A DNA stretch of 64,000 nt, from contig CAXXKY010000006.1 of the NCBI GenBank assembly GCA_963667325.2, positions 49,666 to 113,665 of the forward strand, read 5' to 3'. Of this stretch, positions 46,105-55,371 are shown one piece after another. Under the pieces are notes generated by a model. The model was given only the letters and a program-made list of their open reading frames with translations, ran no database searches and was not told where the DNA came from. The position numbers were made by a program, and so were the translations under genes. Source of the DNA: Dehalococcoidia bacterium (GTDB lineage: Bacteria; Chloroflexota; Dehalococcoidia; Lucifugimonadales; UBA3495). Each line of letters starts with the position of its first letter. The first letter of the stretch is position 1.

Positions 46105-47634
46105 TTACTCGTGGACGAGCGGGGTCTCACGAATGGAGATGGAATTTAGCCAGGATTCTACGATTGGTCCCCTGAGCTTGGCCAACAACAGGCGGCCCTC
46201 CGCGTTTATGCTGGCACTCTCTATGAAATCGGACCAGGGTTCGCCAGTGTAGAGGCTGCCCTCCTCGATTCTACGGTGAAGAATGTCCACATTCTCCGCG
46301 GCGTAAGCGGACTCAGAATGAGCAAGCACGAGACCTAAGTAGCGCCCCGTCTCGTCCAAACCAGAACCCATGGCATAGGCGTCGTAGGGCCGGAGGGGCT
46401 GTGGTGCGCCCAACGCCGATGCAAGCTCCGCCCTTTCATCCTCGCTGGCATCGGGTCCCAGCCGAAACTCCACCAAGTCATCGACGGAGATGGTATCGGC
46501 ACTTAGAAGTGCGGAATATGTCCGTACTTGCGCCAGTCCCTGGGCAAGGAGCACAAATTCCTCTGCATCCGCGAGAGACCCGGCCGCGTTAGAGTGGGCG
46601 TCGATGAGCGCCTCCATCCCCGGTGTTGTGGAGGTGCGAAATACAAAGTTGTTTAAGACGGCCAGATGTCCTCCCCTCCCCAGTCGGTCGAAGACGGGAG
46701 GCGAAAACCCGGGTGCAACTCCAACCTGATTGTCCCCTCCCCAGCTGTAGAATGGCACGCCATTGCGGTCCTGTATTTTGGGCGGCGGGCAGTCACCGCA
46801 CAAACCCAGGGCGGCCTCGGTTGCCCCAGGGTCGAAGCTGCCTCTGGCAACATCCAGATGACCAAAGCCTTCCGGCGACCGAGTCCAAATGGTCTGCTCC
46901 ACGTTTCGCAGGTCGAGGGCCAGATATTCGTGGGCATTCATCGCGAATTCGCCGTACTGGCCCAAAGGGCCCAGAAAGGACTCCGTGCCGAACGTATTGC
47001 CCCGGCCAACGGTCTCGTAGAAGCCAGCGAAATGGCTGGCTCTCTCTTGAAGAAGGTTTTTGACTGCATCATCATCTTCTTCAGGCCCGGGAAGCAGCCC
47101 TTTGAACAAGTCTCTGAGCAGCGCGTAATCATCCAAAAAGATACCACTGCGGATTTCAGGTGAATCCGGTATCACAGAAAGCAACTGCAAGTATGGGGAT
47201 GATTGATCCGGAGGGTCATCTAAGACTTCCTCATTTGCAGACACGTCGGGGGTGGGACTGGCCTCGGCCCCAGACACAACCGGGGTGGGAGTGGCCTCGG
47301 CCCCAGACACGACCGGGGTGGGAGTGGCCCCGGTCCTAGACACAACCGGGGCGGGAGTGGCCCCGGCCCCAGACACAACCGGGGTGGGAGTGGCCCCGGC
47401 CTCAGACACGACCGGGGTGGGAGTGGCCCCGGCCTCAGACACGACCGGGGTGGGAGTGGCCCCGGCCTCAGACACGACCGGGGTGGGAGTGGCCCCGGCC
47501 TCAGACACGACCGGGGTGGGAGTGGCCTCAGCCTCAGACGCGGTGGGGGTGGGGGAGTCCGCATTCTGGCACGCCGCTACGCTCGAAAGAGCCAAGACCA
47601 GTAGCACTACCAGGAAACTCCAAGCCAGCCTCAT
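46105..47634 (-). CDS. Hypothetical lipoprotein with (ATPTPVVSEAG)n tandem-repeat linker
   Basis: 509-aa ORF. It has a signal plus lipobox (LALSSVAAC), about 9 repeats of 11 aa, and then a roughly 340-aa domain with no recognisable family. Confidence 0.7.
   Translation of the reverse strand: MRLAWSFLVVLLVLALSSVAACQNADSPTPTASEAEATPTPVVSEAGATPTPVVSEAGATPTPVVSEAGATPTPVVSEAGATPTPVVSGAGATPAPVVSRTGATPTPVVSGAEATPTPVVSGAEASPTPDVSANEEVLDDPPDQSSPYLQLLSVIPDSPEIRSGIFLDDYALLRDLFKGLLPGPEEDDDAVKNLLQERASHFAGFYETVGRGNTFGTESFLGPLGQYGEFAMNAHEYLALDLRNVEQTIWTRSPEGFGHLDVARGSFDPGATEAALGLCGDCPPPKIQDRNGVPFYSWGGDNQVGVAPGFSPPVFDRLGRGGHLAVLNNFVFRTSTTPGMEALIDAHSNAAGSLADAEEFVLLAQGLAQVRTYSALLSADTISVDDLVEFRLGPDASEDERAELASALGAPQPLRPYDAYAMGSGLDETGRYLGLVLAHSESAYAAENVDILHRRIEEGSLYTGEPWSDFIESASINAEGRLLLAKLRGPIVESWLNSISIRETPLVHE
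47249..47545. repeat. 33-bp tandem repeat, 9 units; units at 47381-47512 are four identical copies
   Basis: The unit is GGGGTGGGAGTGGCCCCGGCCTCAGACACGACC, counted directly. It is coding (minus strand) for ATPTPVVSEAG. Confidence 0.9.
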
Positions 47635-47752
47635 TACATCTCCTTTCTGGTCGAAGGGACGTCAAGATGATCTGGTCGAAGGGCCGTCAAGTAAACGTCG
47701 TTCCACAATCGGGTTTGCCGTCCATCGAATGGTGGAGGCAAGAAATCACCCG

Positions 47753-47834
47753 CGACTACATCGACCGCCGTCGCAGCTACGAGTTGGTCGCCGAGGTCTG
47801 CGGCTACACAGTCGAAACTTCGAGACCGGAGTAG
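47753..47834. repeat. 82-bp direct repeat, right copy (orphan relic of an LLM 3-prime end, including TAG)
   Basis: It encodes ...RDYIDRRRSYELVAEVCGYTVETSRPE*, versus ...HDYADRRRSYELVAEVCGYTGETSGPE* in the intact gene. No upstream ORF is attached. Confidence 0.85.
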
Positions 47835-47867
47835 TCTCGGCCACCGGGCTTTAGGACCCCTCCGACT

Positions 47868-48860
47868 CTACGGCGCCATCACGGTGATGGTGTGGCGGTG
47901 CGACTCCTTGTTGTCGCCGATGGCGAAGGGGGCGACCACCGGCAGCTGCAGGCCGGCGGCGCGGCGGCGTTCCAGAGCGGCGCGGCATTCCTCGGGCGTT
48001 CCGACCACAGCAAGCTGGTCCTGCATTTCTTGCGTGATCGCCTCGGACGCCCGGGCGACGTCCCCGACGGCGAGGGCCTCGGCGGCTTCGGTCATCTCGT
48101 CGCCGAACCCGGTCTCCACGAAGAAGTTGCGGTAGAAGGTGTTGCTGGCGTAGCGCGCCACCTGGCCACGGAGCGAATCCCTGACCGCCTCCTCGTCGCC
48201 GCCGGCCGCCACACGGACGTAGCCGGCGATGTCAATCTCGGACGGGTCCCGCCCCGCCTTCTCTGCGCCGTACTTGACGTGCTCCACCGCCTCCCTGATG
48301 AAGCTCTCGGCGGTCCAGTTCATCAGGACGCCGTCGGCCATCTCTCCAGCAAGCTGCAGCATCTGGGGGCCCAGTGCGGCGATATAGATTGGCACCCGCT
48401 CACGTGGAGCCGCTCCGCCCAGCGAGGCCGACGCGATGTTGAAGTGCCGACCTTCCGTAGCCACCGTCTCCCCCGACAGCAGACCCTTGACGATGCTGAT
48501 GGTCTCCCGCAGCCGGGCCATGGGCTGCCGGAAGGGCACGCCATCGCGCCCTTCGACCGTGGGGCGATGACCCACGCCCAGTCCCAGGATGAAGCGGTCG
48601 CCCGATACCGCGGCCATGCCCGCTGCGCCCATGGCTGTGTTCGTCGCGGTGCGGGCGTAGATGGGCAGTATGCCAGTGCCGAGGCGCACCCGTTCCGTCT
48701 TCATCGCGATGGTCGCAAGCGCGGTCAGAGAGTCCCGGCCGCCGCCTTCGGGCACCCACACCGTCTCGTACCCCAGGTCTTCAGCGAGCTTCCCGAGCTC
48801 CTGGAAGTCCTGTGGTGTGAGGGACGGATCGTTTTCGAAACGAACTCCATAGCGTGCCAT
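47868..48860 (-). CDS. LLM-class F420-dependent oxidoreductase
   Basis: 330-aa ORF with LGYETVWVPEGGGRDSLT, RLGTGILPIYARTA and RFILGLGVGH. Confidence 0.85.
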   Translation of the reverse strand: MARYGVRFENDPSLTPQDFQELGKLAEDLGYETVWVPEGGGRDSLTALATIAMKTERVRLGTGILPIYARTATNTAMGAAGMAAVSGDRFILGLGVGHRPTVEGRDGVPFRQPMARLRETISIVKGLLSGETVATEGRHFNIASASLGGAAPRERVPIYIAALGPQMLQLAGEMADGVLMNWTAESFIREAVEHVKYGAEKAGRDPSEIDIAGYVRVAAGGDEEAVRDSLRGQVARYASNTFYRNFFVETGFGDEMTEAAEALAVGDVARASEAITQEMQDQLAVVGTPEECRAALERRRAAGLQLPVVAPFAIGDNKESHRHTITVMAP

Positions 48861-48906
48861 GTCTGTTCAAACCTCAAGGACGAAATAGTGCATCAAACCC
48901 ATTGCC

Positions 48907-49614
48907 CTAGACTCCGAGCTGCGAGGCAAGGTCTCGAAAATCTTTGGCAACGATGTCGAAAGACGGATCAGGCGTCGGGTCGGGCTTGCGGTCCGGTCCG
49001 AACTCCATCGGCCGGGGCACGAATGCGGTCTTCAATCCCTGCGCACCGGCCGCCAGCAGGTCGTTCTGGTGAGCCGCCACCATCATCACCTGTTCCGGCC
49101 TCAGCCCCAGCAGCTCCGCCCCGGTAAGGTACGTCTTTGGGTCGGGCTTGTACGCCTGGGCAAGTTCCGCCCCAAGAATGACGTCCCACGGGAGGCCGGC
49201 ATACTTTGCCATGTTGGTCATCAGTGCCACGTTGCCGTTGGACATCGTGCCGATGATGTACTTTGCCTTGAGGCGAGACAGTCCCGCCGGAGAGTCGGGC
49301 CACGGGTCCAGGTGGTGCCAGGCCAAGTTGAACTCGTCGATGGACTGTTCTGCCACGTCGTTGATGCCGAACTCCCCCAGCAACTCCACCAGCCCCATCC
49401 GGTGCAGCACGTCCAGTTTGGTCCAGGGTAGCTCTCCCGTCCGCACCTTGTTCATGTATGGCTGGTACTTGCCGCGCCAGCCGTCGGCGAATGCCGCCCA
49501 GTCCGCCTCGATCCCGTGGGCTTCGCCAAAGGCTTTGCCGTGTTTCGCAATCGAGCTGCGCCAGTCGACCACCGTGCCAAATACGTCGAAGACCAAAGCC
49601 TTCACATCATCCAT
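48907..49614 (-). CDS. Haloacid dehalogenase type II / HAD-superfamily hydrolase
   Basis: 235-aa ORF with the FDVFGTVVDW (DxxGT-type motif I) and MVAAHQNDLLAAGAQG (motif IV region). Confidence 0.65.
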   Translation of the reverse strand: MDDVKALVFDVFGTVVDWRSSIAKHGKAFGEAHGIEADWAAFADGWRGKYQPYMNKVRTGELPWTKLDVLHRMGLVELLGEFGINDVAEQSIDEFNLAWHHLDPWPDSPAGLSRLKAKYIIGTMSNGNVALMTNMAKYAGLPWDVILGAELAQAYKPDPKTYLTGAELLGLRPEQVMMVAAHQNDLLAAGAQGLKTAFVPRPMEFGPDRKPDPTPDPSFDIVAKDFRDLASQLGV

Positions 49615-49638
49615 GCCATTTCTCCTGTGTGCCTGAAT

Positions 49639-50379
49639 CTAGAACGCCGCTCCAATCCCCACCAGTATCTCGGCGACTTCCCGGGGATGGCTGACCATCG
49701 GATCATGGCCCGAATCGAGATGGTACATTCCCCAGCCAGCCTCGCGAGCGCGGTCTGCCACTGGCTGAAAACCGGCTTCTTCGCCTCCAATGAAACTGCG
49801 GGGAATGTCGCGGGCGGCCGGATTTCCGATACTTACCTTCCCCGCCATCGCAGCGGCGGGCTGAGGTGTGACCTTGGAAAACATCCACTCCCGGTCTGCT
49901 GCTTCCGGAATCCCCCATCGTCGTCCGATTTCCTCCGGCGAGGCTGGCGACGGAAGGTATCCCTCGCCTCGCTCGATGTGGTCCCGGACCCAGGTCGCGA
50001 ACTCCGGTCCGCGCACCGGCGCCAGCTGGTCCGCCATGCTCTCGCCGTTTCCCGGGATCACACCGTTGATGTACACCATGTGGGAGAGCCGCTCCGGACA
50101 GACCTCTGCAACACCCGTTATCACCATTCCGGCGTAGGCGTGACCCACCAGAGTGACGCCTTCCAGACCCTCGTATTCCAGCAACCCAACCACGTCGTCG
50201 ATATGCAGGTCAAGGTTGACTTGCGACGGGTCCAGCAGCTTCGCCAAGTGGGCCCGGTCGCCCAGTCCACTTAGCGTGGGCGTGTAAACCACCGCACCAG
50301 TCCTTCTAAGCAGGGGCGCGACCTTGTTCCAACACCAGCCGCCGTGCCAGGCTCCATGCACCAGTACGAAAGTTGCCAC
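49639..50379 (-). CDS. Alpha/beta-fold hydrolase (esterase-like)
   Basis: 246-aa ORF with FVLVHGAWHGGWCW, LVGHAYAG (nucleophile elbow with Ala in place of Ser?) and SGHDPMVSHP. Confidence 0.7.
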   Translation of the reverse strand: MATFVLVHGAWHGGWCWNKVAPLLRRTGAVVYTPTLSGLGDRAHLAKLLDPSQVNLDLHIDDVVGLLEYEGLEGVTLVGHAYAGMVITGVAEVCPERLSHMVYINGVIPGNGESMADQLAPVRGPEFATWVRDHIERGEGYLPSPASPEEIGRRWGIPEAADREWMFSKVTPQPAAAMAGKVSIGNPAARDIPRSFIGGEEAGFQPVADRAREAGWGMYHLDSGHDPMVSHPREVAEILVGIGAAF

Positions 50380-50487
50380 CCCGGCCCTCCGTTGCTTAAT
50401 GACATTCTCAAAAGCGTTTGCTCTGCGATAGTATAGCGCAACAGGGCCGGAAATCAGGAAGTGAATCGACTAGGGCAGGCGGGTGAT

Positions 50488-51441
50488 ATGAAGCGGGTGA
50501 TAATAGACACCGATCCCGGCATCGACGACGCGGCGGCCATCCTGCTGGCCCTTGCCAGCCCTGAGCTGGAAGTGCTGGCGGTCACGACCATTTTCGGCAA
50601 TGCCTCGGTCGAGACCTGCACAGCAAACGCGCGTCGGGTGCTGACTGCCGCCGGGCGCAGCGACATCCCCGTCCACATGGGCGTTGGCAGACCGCTATTC
50701 CGCCCGGCAAGCGACGGCTGGGCCTCCCATATCCACGGCGGCGATGGACTCGGCGGATCTGCACTGCGGGACTCCGGCCAGACGGGACGTTCGCGGTCGC
50801 CATCCCGACATGCTGCCCTGGCGATCGCCGAGATCGTAACGGCATCTCCGGGCGAGGTCTCCATCCTTGCCCTGGGACGAATGACCAATGTGGCGCTTGC
50901 GCTGTCCCTGGAACCGTCCGTAGCGCACGCCGTAGGGGAAATCGTGGTCATGGGAGGGGCAGTGACCGTTCCCGGCAACGTTTCCGGAGTGGCCACAGCC
51001 AACCTGCACGAGGACCCGGAGGCCGCCTCCATCCTCTATCGCTCCGGTGCGCCAATAGTCCAGGTGGGTCTCGACGTCTGCAACCACGTAACGGTCAATC
51101 CCACGCAGCTCGCGGAAATCGCAGACGCTGGCTCACCGGCGACCAATCTCCTGTCGGAGGCCACCGGTTACCTCCGCGCAGCCTACATACGCACCGGGCG
51201 CATCGGCCCCGACGACGGTGTCCGCTACAACGACATGCCAGCTGTGGGCTATGCCATCGACCCGGGCCTGTTCCAGGAGCGCCCGGCTCTGGTGGAGATA
51301 GAAACCCACAGCGAGCTGACCAAGGGGCAGACGGTGGCAGACTGGAACGCTGCCGAACCCAACGCGAAAATCTGCCTCGAAGTCGACTCCGCGGCCCTCA
51401 CCGCTCTCTTCACCGATCGTCTCTGCACTGGGTTCAAGTAA
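50488..51441 (+). CDS. Nucleoside hydrolase (inosine/uridine-preferring family)
   Basis: ORF trimmed to MKRVIIDTDPGIDDAAAILLAL. DTDPGIDD is the family signature. Confidence 0.88.
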   Translation: MKRVIIDTDPGIDDAAAILLALASPELEVLAVTTIFGNASVETCTANARRVLTAAGRSDIPVHMGVGRPLFRPASDGWASHIHGGDGLGGSALRDSGQTGRSRSPSRHAALAIAEIVTASPGEVSILALGRMTNVALALSLEPSVAHAVGEIVVMGGAVTVPGNVSGVATANLHEDPEAASILYRSGAPIVQVGLDVCNHVTVNPTQLAEIADAGSPATNLLSEATGYLRAAYIRTGRIGPDDGVRYNDMPAVGYAIDPGLFQERPALVEIETHSELTKGQTVADWNAAEPNAKICLEVDSAALTALFTDRLCTGFK

Positions 51442-51474
51442 CGATTGCTCAGAACCACGAAGGACATAACAAAA

Positions 51475-51494
51475 GGGCGCACAATTGTGCGCCC
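51475..51494. terminator. 20-nt perfect palindrome between convergent genes (bidirectional terminator candidate)
   Basis: AAAA-GGGCGCACAATTGTGCGCCC-CCCTTT. The minus-strand tail is TTTTGTTATG. Confidence 0.65.
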
Positions 51495-51531
51495 CCCTTT
51501 AAGTTGCCGTAGTCGGGTGTAGCCTTGATTT

Positions 51532-52005
51532 CTAGCCCAGCGCGGCGGCTGCCTGTTGCACTTCTTCGTAGTCGGGCTCGTTGAGAGGGGATTCACCCAC
51601 CCACTTGTAGCGAATGACGCCCTCGCCGTCGACGATGAATACTGCCCGCTGTGAGGCTACATAGCCTTCCATTCCTGCCAGCCCGGGCAGCGTGATGCCG
51701 TAGGCATTGACCGCCGTGCGGCTGAAATCGCTGAGCAGTGGGAAGTTCAGGTTGTTCTGGTCGGCCCACGCCTTCAGGGCAAAGGGGCCGTCAACGCTGA
51801 TGCCATACACCTGGGCGTTGATGTTGTTGAATGCGTCGGCCCGGTCCCGGAAGCTGCACATTTCAGTGGTGCACACGCCCGTGAATGCGCCGGGAAAAAA
51901 GGCCAGTACCACGGTCTGGCCGCGATGGTCCGATAGGTTGCGAACCTGCCGGTCGAAATCATAGAGCCCGAGTTCCGGGGCCGGCTGTCCAACATCCGCT
52001 GCCAT
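51532..52005 (-). CDS. Peroxiredoxin (AhpC/TSA-Bcp type)
   Basis: ORF trimmed to ATG 52005 with GGGAGG RBS. FFPGAFTGVCTTEMC contains the peroxidatic Cys context. Confidence 0.8.
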   Translation of the reverse strand: MAADVGQPAPELGLYDFDRQVRNLSDHRGQTVVLAFFPGAFTGVCTTEMCSFRDRADAFNNINAQVYGISVDGPFALKAWADQNNLNFPLLSDFSRTAVNAYGITLPGLAGMEGYVASQRAVFIVDGEGVIRYKWVGESPLNEPDYEEVQQAAAALG

Positions 52006-52298
52006 TGTTTTTCCTCCCAAAGCTTTGGTTCCCGTAATCTTAACATACGGCTACTCCTGTCCCGGCCGAGCCAGTACCCTCTCATAGTTCCTGCGATTCC
52101 GTTGGTGCGAGCTGGTCAATCCGCCACTGGATTCTGGAAACCGATCCTTCGACAGCTTCAGGATCAAGGTCTTGGGTTCTAGGTGGACATTGACCATCCC
52201 TGCCGCCCCGCTTATGGCCTGCGAGAGCAACCGCCTCCTGTGCTACAATCGCCCAGTTGCCGAAGGGCATTTTTGACAACTCTGGGAAGGCATCACGT

Positions 52299-53891
52299 AT
52301 GTACTTTGACTCTCGACGCAGCACCGTTCTGGCCTCCAACGGCATGGTGGCCACCAGCCAGCCCCTGGCAGCCATGGCAGGATTGCAGGCGCTGATGGAC
52401 GGCGGAAACGCCGTTGATGCCGCCATCACCGCCGCCGCAGCTCTCAATGTGGTCGAACCCAATTCCACCGGCGTCGGTGGGGACTTGTTTGCGCTGGTCT
52501 GGAACGAGAAGGGAAAATCAGTCCGCGCCATCAATGGCAGTGGCCGGGCTCCGGCGGCTTCCAGCATCGAGGAGTTGACCAGCCAGGGTTACCGCGCCAT
52601 GCCCGGGGCCGGGCCCTACTCCGTCGCCGTACCGGGAACGGTCCAAGGTTGGGAAACGCTGCGGGCCGAGTGCGGCTCCATGCCGCTCTCCCGTCTGCTG
52701 GAGCCTGCCATACGCTATGCAGAGGAAGGCTTCCCTGTCTCCGAGGTCATCGCCTGGCAGTGGGAGAACAACCTCGCCAAGCTGCTCTCCTACCCATCCG
52801 GCGAGGAGATGCTGCTGAACGGCGAGCCGCCCAAGAAAGGCGACCTGATGAAGCTGCCCACCTTGGCATTCACCCTGCGCGCCATCGCCGACGAGGGGTG
52901 TGACGCCTTCTATCACGGGCCCATCGCGCAGAAGATGGCATCATTCGTGCAGGAGCACGGCGGCTGGCTGACCACCGAAGACCTCGCCGCCCACACGACC
53001 GAATGGGACGAACCGATCGCCACCGACTACCGGGGTGTCACCTGCTGGGAGTGCCCGCCCAACGGCCAGGGCATAGCCGCTCTCGAGGCCCTGAACATCG
53101 CCGAGGGCTTCGACATTGGCGCAATGGGACCCCAGTCCGCCGACGCCTACCACCACCTGATCGAGGCCATGCGCCTCGCCTTCGCCGACGCCTACAAGTA
53201 CGTGGCCGACCCTCGCGTGGTCGACGTCCCCACGGAACAGCTGGTCTCCAAGAGTTATGCGGCCGAGAGACGAACGCTTATCAACCGCAGCAAGGCCATG
53301 GTTTCGGTGCCCTACGGCCAGCCCATTTCCGGCGGCAACACCGTTTACGTCAGCGCCGTCGACGGTCAGGGCAACGCCTGCTCCCTGATCAACAGCATCT
53401 TCTCCGACTTCGGCTCCGGCATGGTCGCCCCGGGAACAGGCATCGTGCTGCACAACCGCGCGGGCCTTTTCTCGCTGGACGCCTCTCATCCCAACGCCCT
53501 CGCACCGGGCAAGCGTCCCTACCACACCATCATCCCCGGCCTTGCCACCAAGGACGGTGAGCTGCTCTACTGCTACGGCATGATGGGCGCATTCATGCAG
53601 CCCCAGGGGCACCTGCAGCTCATCAGCAACATGGTCGATCACGGCATGGACCCGCAGCAGGCCATCAACGCCCTCCGCTTCATGGTGGGCAACGACCAGG
53701 CCATGGTGGAAGAAGGCATCAACCCCGATGTGGCCCGTGAACTGCAATCTCGAGGCCACAAGCTCGGACTCATGGCCGGACGCTCCCGGGTATCCATTGG
53801 TGGCGCACAGGTCATCAGCCGCGACCATCAGACCGGCGTGTTGCAGGGCGGCACCGAACCCCGCAAGGACGGCGCAGTAGTGGGCTGGTAG
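52299..53891 (+). CDS. ggt: Gamma-glutamyltransferase family protein (no signal peptide)
   Basis: ORF trimmed to MYFDSRRSTVLASNGMVATSQPLAA. Also has NAVDAAI, GGNTVYVSAVD (autoprocessing Thr context) and GTEPRKDG. Confidence 0.85.
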   Translation: MYFDSRRSTVLASNGMVATSQPLAAMAGLQALMDGGNAVDAAITAAAALNVVEPNSTGVGGDLFALVWNEKGKSVRAINGSGRAPAASSIEELTSQGYRAMPGAGPYSVAVPGTVQGWETLRAECGSMPLSRLLEPAIRYAEEGFPVSEVIAWQWENNLAKLLSYPSGEEMLLNGEPPKKGDLMKLPTLAFTLRAIADEGCDAFYHGPIAQKMASFVQEHGGWLTTEDLAAHTTEWDEPIATDYRGVTCWECPPNGQGIAALEALNIAEGFDIGAMGPQSADAYHHLIEAMRLAFADAYKYVADPRVVDVPTEQLVSKSYAAERRTLINRSKAMVSVPYGQPISGGNTVYVSAVDGQGNACSLINSIFSDFGSGMVAPGTGIVLHNRAGLFSLDASHPNALAPGKRPYHTIIPGLATKDGELLYCYGMMGAFMQPQGHLQLISNMVDHGMDPQQAINALRFMVGNDQAMVEEGINPDVARELQSRGHKLGLMAGRSRVSIGGAQVISRDHQTGVLQGGTEPRKDGAVVGW

Positions 53892-53914
53892 CCCGTAGAC
53901 AGAAGGAGACAGAC

Positions 53915-54883
53915 ATGGCTGAAGCACAGAGCGACCGCAGCTTCTACCGCAACTACTATCGCGAGATTGATGTCCTCCACGGACTCCAGTCCGCTCCCGA
54001 AGAGCGCGACTGGCTGCTGACCACCCCGAAGGGCGACGTTAAGCAGTCCGACATCGTCCTGTATCTCGGCTGCAACGTGATGCGCACCACCCATCTGGTA
54101 CGCACCGTGATGGACGTCTTCAAGCTCCTCGACGTGCCCTTCACCGCCGTCGGTGGCGCGGCCTACTGCTGCGGCATCCAGCACCACCAGCGCGGCGACG
54201 AAGCGTCGGCCAAGTCCGTCGCCGCAACCACTGCCGCCAACTTCCGAAAGTTCGAGCCGGAGCAGGTGGTGATGTGGTGCCCGTCCTGCATCTTCTTCTA
54301 CGACGACATCATGGATATGCGGGAGGACTTCCCCTTCCAGCACGTCACCGAATACCTCGTCCAGAACCTCGGCAAGCTTGACCTGCAGCCCCAGCCCGAG
54401 ACCACCGTATCCCTGCATTACCACGCTGGCCGACCCCAGTCCGACGCCGAAGCCCAGAGCGCCCTGACCCTCCTGCGCGCCCTCCCAGGCGTCAACGTCG
54501 TCGATATTGGCGGCGACGAGCGCTTCGGACGCCACTGCACCCCCGCCGTCCGCCAGCAGATGGGCCCCGAAGCCTGGGACGAAATGAGCAATCAGTGGGT
54601 GCAGAAGGCCATCGACAACGGCGCAGACACCTACGCCACGCTGTACCACGGCTGCCAGCGGCACATGTGCGGCCTCGAGGCCGACTACCCCGTCCGCGTC
54701 GAGCACTACCTCACGCTGGTAGGCCGCGCCCTTGGCATCGAATACGAAGACCAGTACAAGAAGCACACCCTTTCTGGCAACCTCGACGCCATAATGGCTG
54801 AAACCGCCCCCTGCGCCGTAGCCAACAGCATCCCCCTGGAGGAAGCAAAGGAAGTCATCGGAAAGGTGTTCCCGGCGCGATAG
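53915..54883 (+). CDS. CCG-domain (heterodisulfide reductase subunit B-like) Fe-S protein
   Basis: 322-aa ORF with LYLGCNVMRTTH...GGAAYCCGI and WCPSC...TLYHGCQRHMCG, a Cys-rich CCG pattern. Confidence 0.6.
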   Translation: MAEAQSDRSFYRNYYREIDVLHGLQSAPEERDWLLTTPKGDVKQSDIVLYLGCNVMRTTHLVRTVMDVFKLLDVPFTAVGGAAYCCGIQHHQRGDEASAKSVAATTAANFRKFEPEQVVMWCPSCIFFYDDIMDMREDFPFQHVTEYLVQNLGKLDLQPQPETTVSLHYHAGRPQSDAEAQSALTLLRALPGVNVVDIGGDERFGRHCTPAVRQQMGPEAWDEMSNQWVQKAIDNGADTYATLYHGCQRHMCGLEADYPVRVEHYLTLVGRALGIEYEDQYKKHTLSGNLDAIMAETAPCAVANSIPLEEAKEVIGKVFPAR

Positions 54884-54888
54884 AGACG

Positions 54889-55371
54889 TCAGAGCGACGT
54901 GAGCGCACCCTCGGGCGACAGCACGTTCAGCCCGTAGCGCGCCTCGATGCCAGAGGAAGCTAGGTCGGCACGAAGGGGCTGGTCTGAGGTTACGAGACTT
55001 GTATCTCTCCCTGTTTCTTCCACCGCTAACCTGACAATGAACTTGTCATCCAGGCTGCCTTGCGGTATGTCTCCCTCTTCAGGAAACGGCGGTGCGGTAT
55101 GGCCCAAGCCCTCGATCTTTCCCTGCACCTGCAACAACTGCCATAGTTGGAGCATCGCGTAGGCGCCCTCTTGGGCGTGATGAAGCCTAGGATTGTTCAG
55201 TTGGTTGTCATATTTGTCCCAGAGGACGTCATCTACTACGAAAGAGTACGGCTCTATATCGGCAATCTTGTCGAATAGCTCTCTGGACACGGGACTGGGC
55301 TGATCGCACTCGTTCAATCCCCTTTGAGCGTATATGACAACGTTCTCGTCGAGGATGTACCTGGTTGTCAT
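54889..55371 (-). CDS. PIN-like domain protein (putative nuclease)
   Basis: 160-aa ORF whose ATG overlaps the upstream stop (ATGA at 55371-55368). YILDENVVIYAQ, VVDDVLW and SLVTSDQPLRADL fit the acidic-residue layout of PIN-like folds. GC is lower than the flanks. Confidence 0.5.
   Translation of the reverse strand: MTTRYILDENVVIYAQRGLNECDQPSPVSRELFDKIADIEPYSFVVDDVLWDKYDNQLNNPRLHHAQEGAYAMLQLWQLLQVQGKIEGLGHTAPPFPEEGDIPQGSLDDKFIVRLAVEETGRDTSLVTSDQPLRADLASSGIEARYGLNVLSPEGALTSL

Noticed and set aside
49639-50379. Alpha/beta hydrolase nucleophile elbow reads G-H-A-Y-A-G (Ala where Ser is expected), which could mean a pseudo-enzyme.
   Set aside because: I cannot align the elbow reliably by eye. 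The true nucleophile may lie in a different segment, so this is not reported as a finding.
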